From Planctomycetales bacterium (lineage in GTDB: Bacteria > 4484-113 > JAFGCY01), in the NCBI GenBank assembly GCA_022646745.1, contig CP060262.1:3990001-4022000 (forward strand): a stretch of 32,000 nt of DNA, written 5' to 3'. The notes under the pieces were generated by a model. The model had not been told where the DNA came from. It ran no database searches and saw nothing but the letters and a program-made list of their open reading frames with translations. The translations under genes and the position numbers were made by a program. How positions within the stretch are numbered: position 1 is the stretch's first letter; each line of letters begins with the position of its first letter. Of the stretch, positions 31,381-32,000 are shown piece by piece.

Positions 31381-31413
31381 ATTGAATTGCTGTAGTTTCT
31401 GTGCAATCATTGC
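31381..31413 (+). promoter_or_regulatory. conserved upstream block ATTGAATTG...AGTTTCTGTGCAAT, ending in the palindrome GCAATCATTGC (globin 1)
   Basis: The motif starts 88 nt upstream of the ATG at 31469. A near-identical ATTGAATTG block lies 83 nt upstream of the second globin start. Confidence 0.35.
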
Positions 31414-31468
31414 CTTAATCGCAGCTTGGCGAAATTCGCTGGTATGTTCTTATCTTACGGAGTAATTC

Positions 31469-31867
31469 ATGGATGATGCACAGGTCAGGCTTGTACAGGA
31501 CAGCTGGGCAAGGATCAACCCGCTTGGAATGCGGTTCGTGCGTGATTTCTATGCGCGCCTGTTTGATTCTCACCCGGAACTGGAGGGATTGTTCCCGGAC
31601 GATATGGCCAGCCAGGAGAACCTGCTGTACAGGATGTTCAATTCAGCTGTATCAAGCGTGTCATCGCCGGCCATCTTCGATTCCATGATGACCAGGCTGG
31701 GTATACAGCACGGCGAATACGGCCTGACCCAGGAGCATTACGCGGTATTTACACGTTCAATGCTGCAGACGATGCAGGAGACCCTGGACGCTGAATGGAC
31801 TGCAGATCATGAGGATGCATGGCAGGAGATGTTTCAGGAGATGTGCGGCAGGATGTTGGCTGCCTGA
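31469..31867 (+). CDS. single-domain globin (bacterial 3-on-3 haemoglobin-like)
   Basis: 132 aa. VQDSWARI...FYARLFDSHPELEGLF carries a Tyr at the B10 position. SQENLL carries a candidate distal Gln. LGIQHGEYGL carries the proximal His. SD GGAG lies 6 nt upstream. Confidence 0.8.
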   Translation: MDDAQVRLVQDSWARINPLGMRFVRDFYARLFDSHPELEGLFPDDMASQENLLYRMFNSAVSSVSSPAIFDSMMTRLGIQHGEYGLTQEHYAVFTRSMLQTMQETLDAEWTADHEDAWQEMFQEMCGRMLAA

Positions 31868-31884
31868 TTGGACCAGTTTTCAGA

Positions 31885-31908
31885 ATTGAATTGAGATTTG
31901 TATCAATT
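31885..31908 (+). promoter_or_regulatory. second copy of the ATTGAATTG block, with inverted repeat AATTGA-N8-TCAATT (globin 2)
   Basis: Read directly. A TAGAAT -10-like hexamer follows at 31936..31941. Confidence 0.35.
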
Positions 31909-31967
31909 GAAACTACACTGTGGCTGTTTGCAGGCTAGAATTTTCCACACCCTATGCGGAGCGCACT

Positions 31968-32000
31968 ATGAATGCTGAGCAGATAAAGATGGTCCAGGAC
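31968..32000 (+). CDS. 5' end of a second globin paralog (truncated by the window edge)
   Basis: MNAEQIKMVQD parallels MDDAQVRLVQD of the upstream globin. Only 11 codons are visible. Confidence 0.4.
   Translation, partial: MNAEQIKMVQD

Noticed and set aside
31426-31439. Sigma-54-type promoter (TGGCG-N-..GC) upstream of globin 1, and FNR/CRP-like half-sites upstream of globin 2 (TTGA-N8-TCAA at 31891-31906).
   Set aside because: The GG-to-GC spacing is off by one or more nucleotides from the -24/-12 consensus. The TTGA/TCAA spacing is 8 rather than 6 nt.
31280-32000. Genomic island or mobile element carrying the lower-GC globin genes.
   Set aside because: No integrase, transposase, tRNA gene or flanking direct repeats are visible in the window. 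Only the compositional shift supports foreign origin, so I report it as a finding rather than as a mobile element.

Overview
This is a densely coding, high-GC window (about 60-65% by eye) from a diderm bacterial chromosome. Diderm status is inferred from the TonB system, a TonB-dependent receptor and lipobox lipoproteins. I support about 32 protein genes. I found no rRNA, tRNA, CRISPR array, transposase or integrase. All calls come from reading motifs by eye, with no searches run.

Housekeeping blocks:
- ftsK
- rsgA-mreC-mreD-mrdA
- an ispA-like prenyl synthase
- rpsP-KH-rimM-trmD-lepB-rplS-lepB

Accessory or less predictable content:
- CPBP protease, alginate-lyase-family protein and DinB-family protein
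- DUF1272 followed by a tiny Trp/Tyr/Asp-rich lipoprotein, then a lipoprotein with 4 tandem carboxypeptidase-regulatory-like repeats
- amidohydrolase plus an RDD protein
- soluble CapD-like dehydratase plus a CBS-nucleotidyltransferase
- a self-contained lipoprotein-TBDR-exbB-exbD-tonB module, followed directly by an orphan but apparently bona fide two-domain arsA
- a convergent stand-alone methylmalonyl-CoA mutase large subunit
- two tandem, lower-GC single-domain globin genes

I see no clear-cut novel system such as a defence island, and I say so plainly. The points most worth a second look are:
1. The uncharacterised-lipoprotein/TBDR/TonB module with arsA appended and no arsR, arsD, arsB or arsC nearby.
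2. The 311-nt AT-rich control region in front of that module.
3. Two signal peptidase I paralogs flanking rplS, both with a roughly 95-aa N-terminal extension.
4. A recurring -10-like hexamer 5-8 nt upstream of start codons, which suggests many leaderless mRNAs.
5. The tandem globins, which share an upstream motif.
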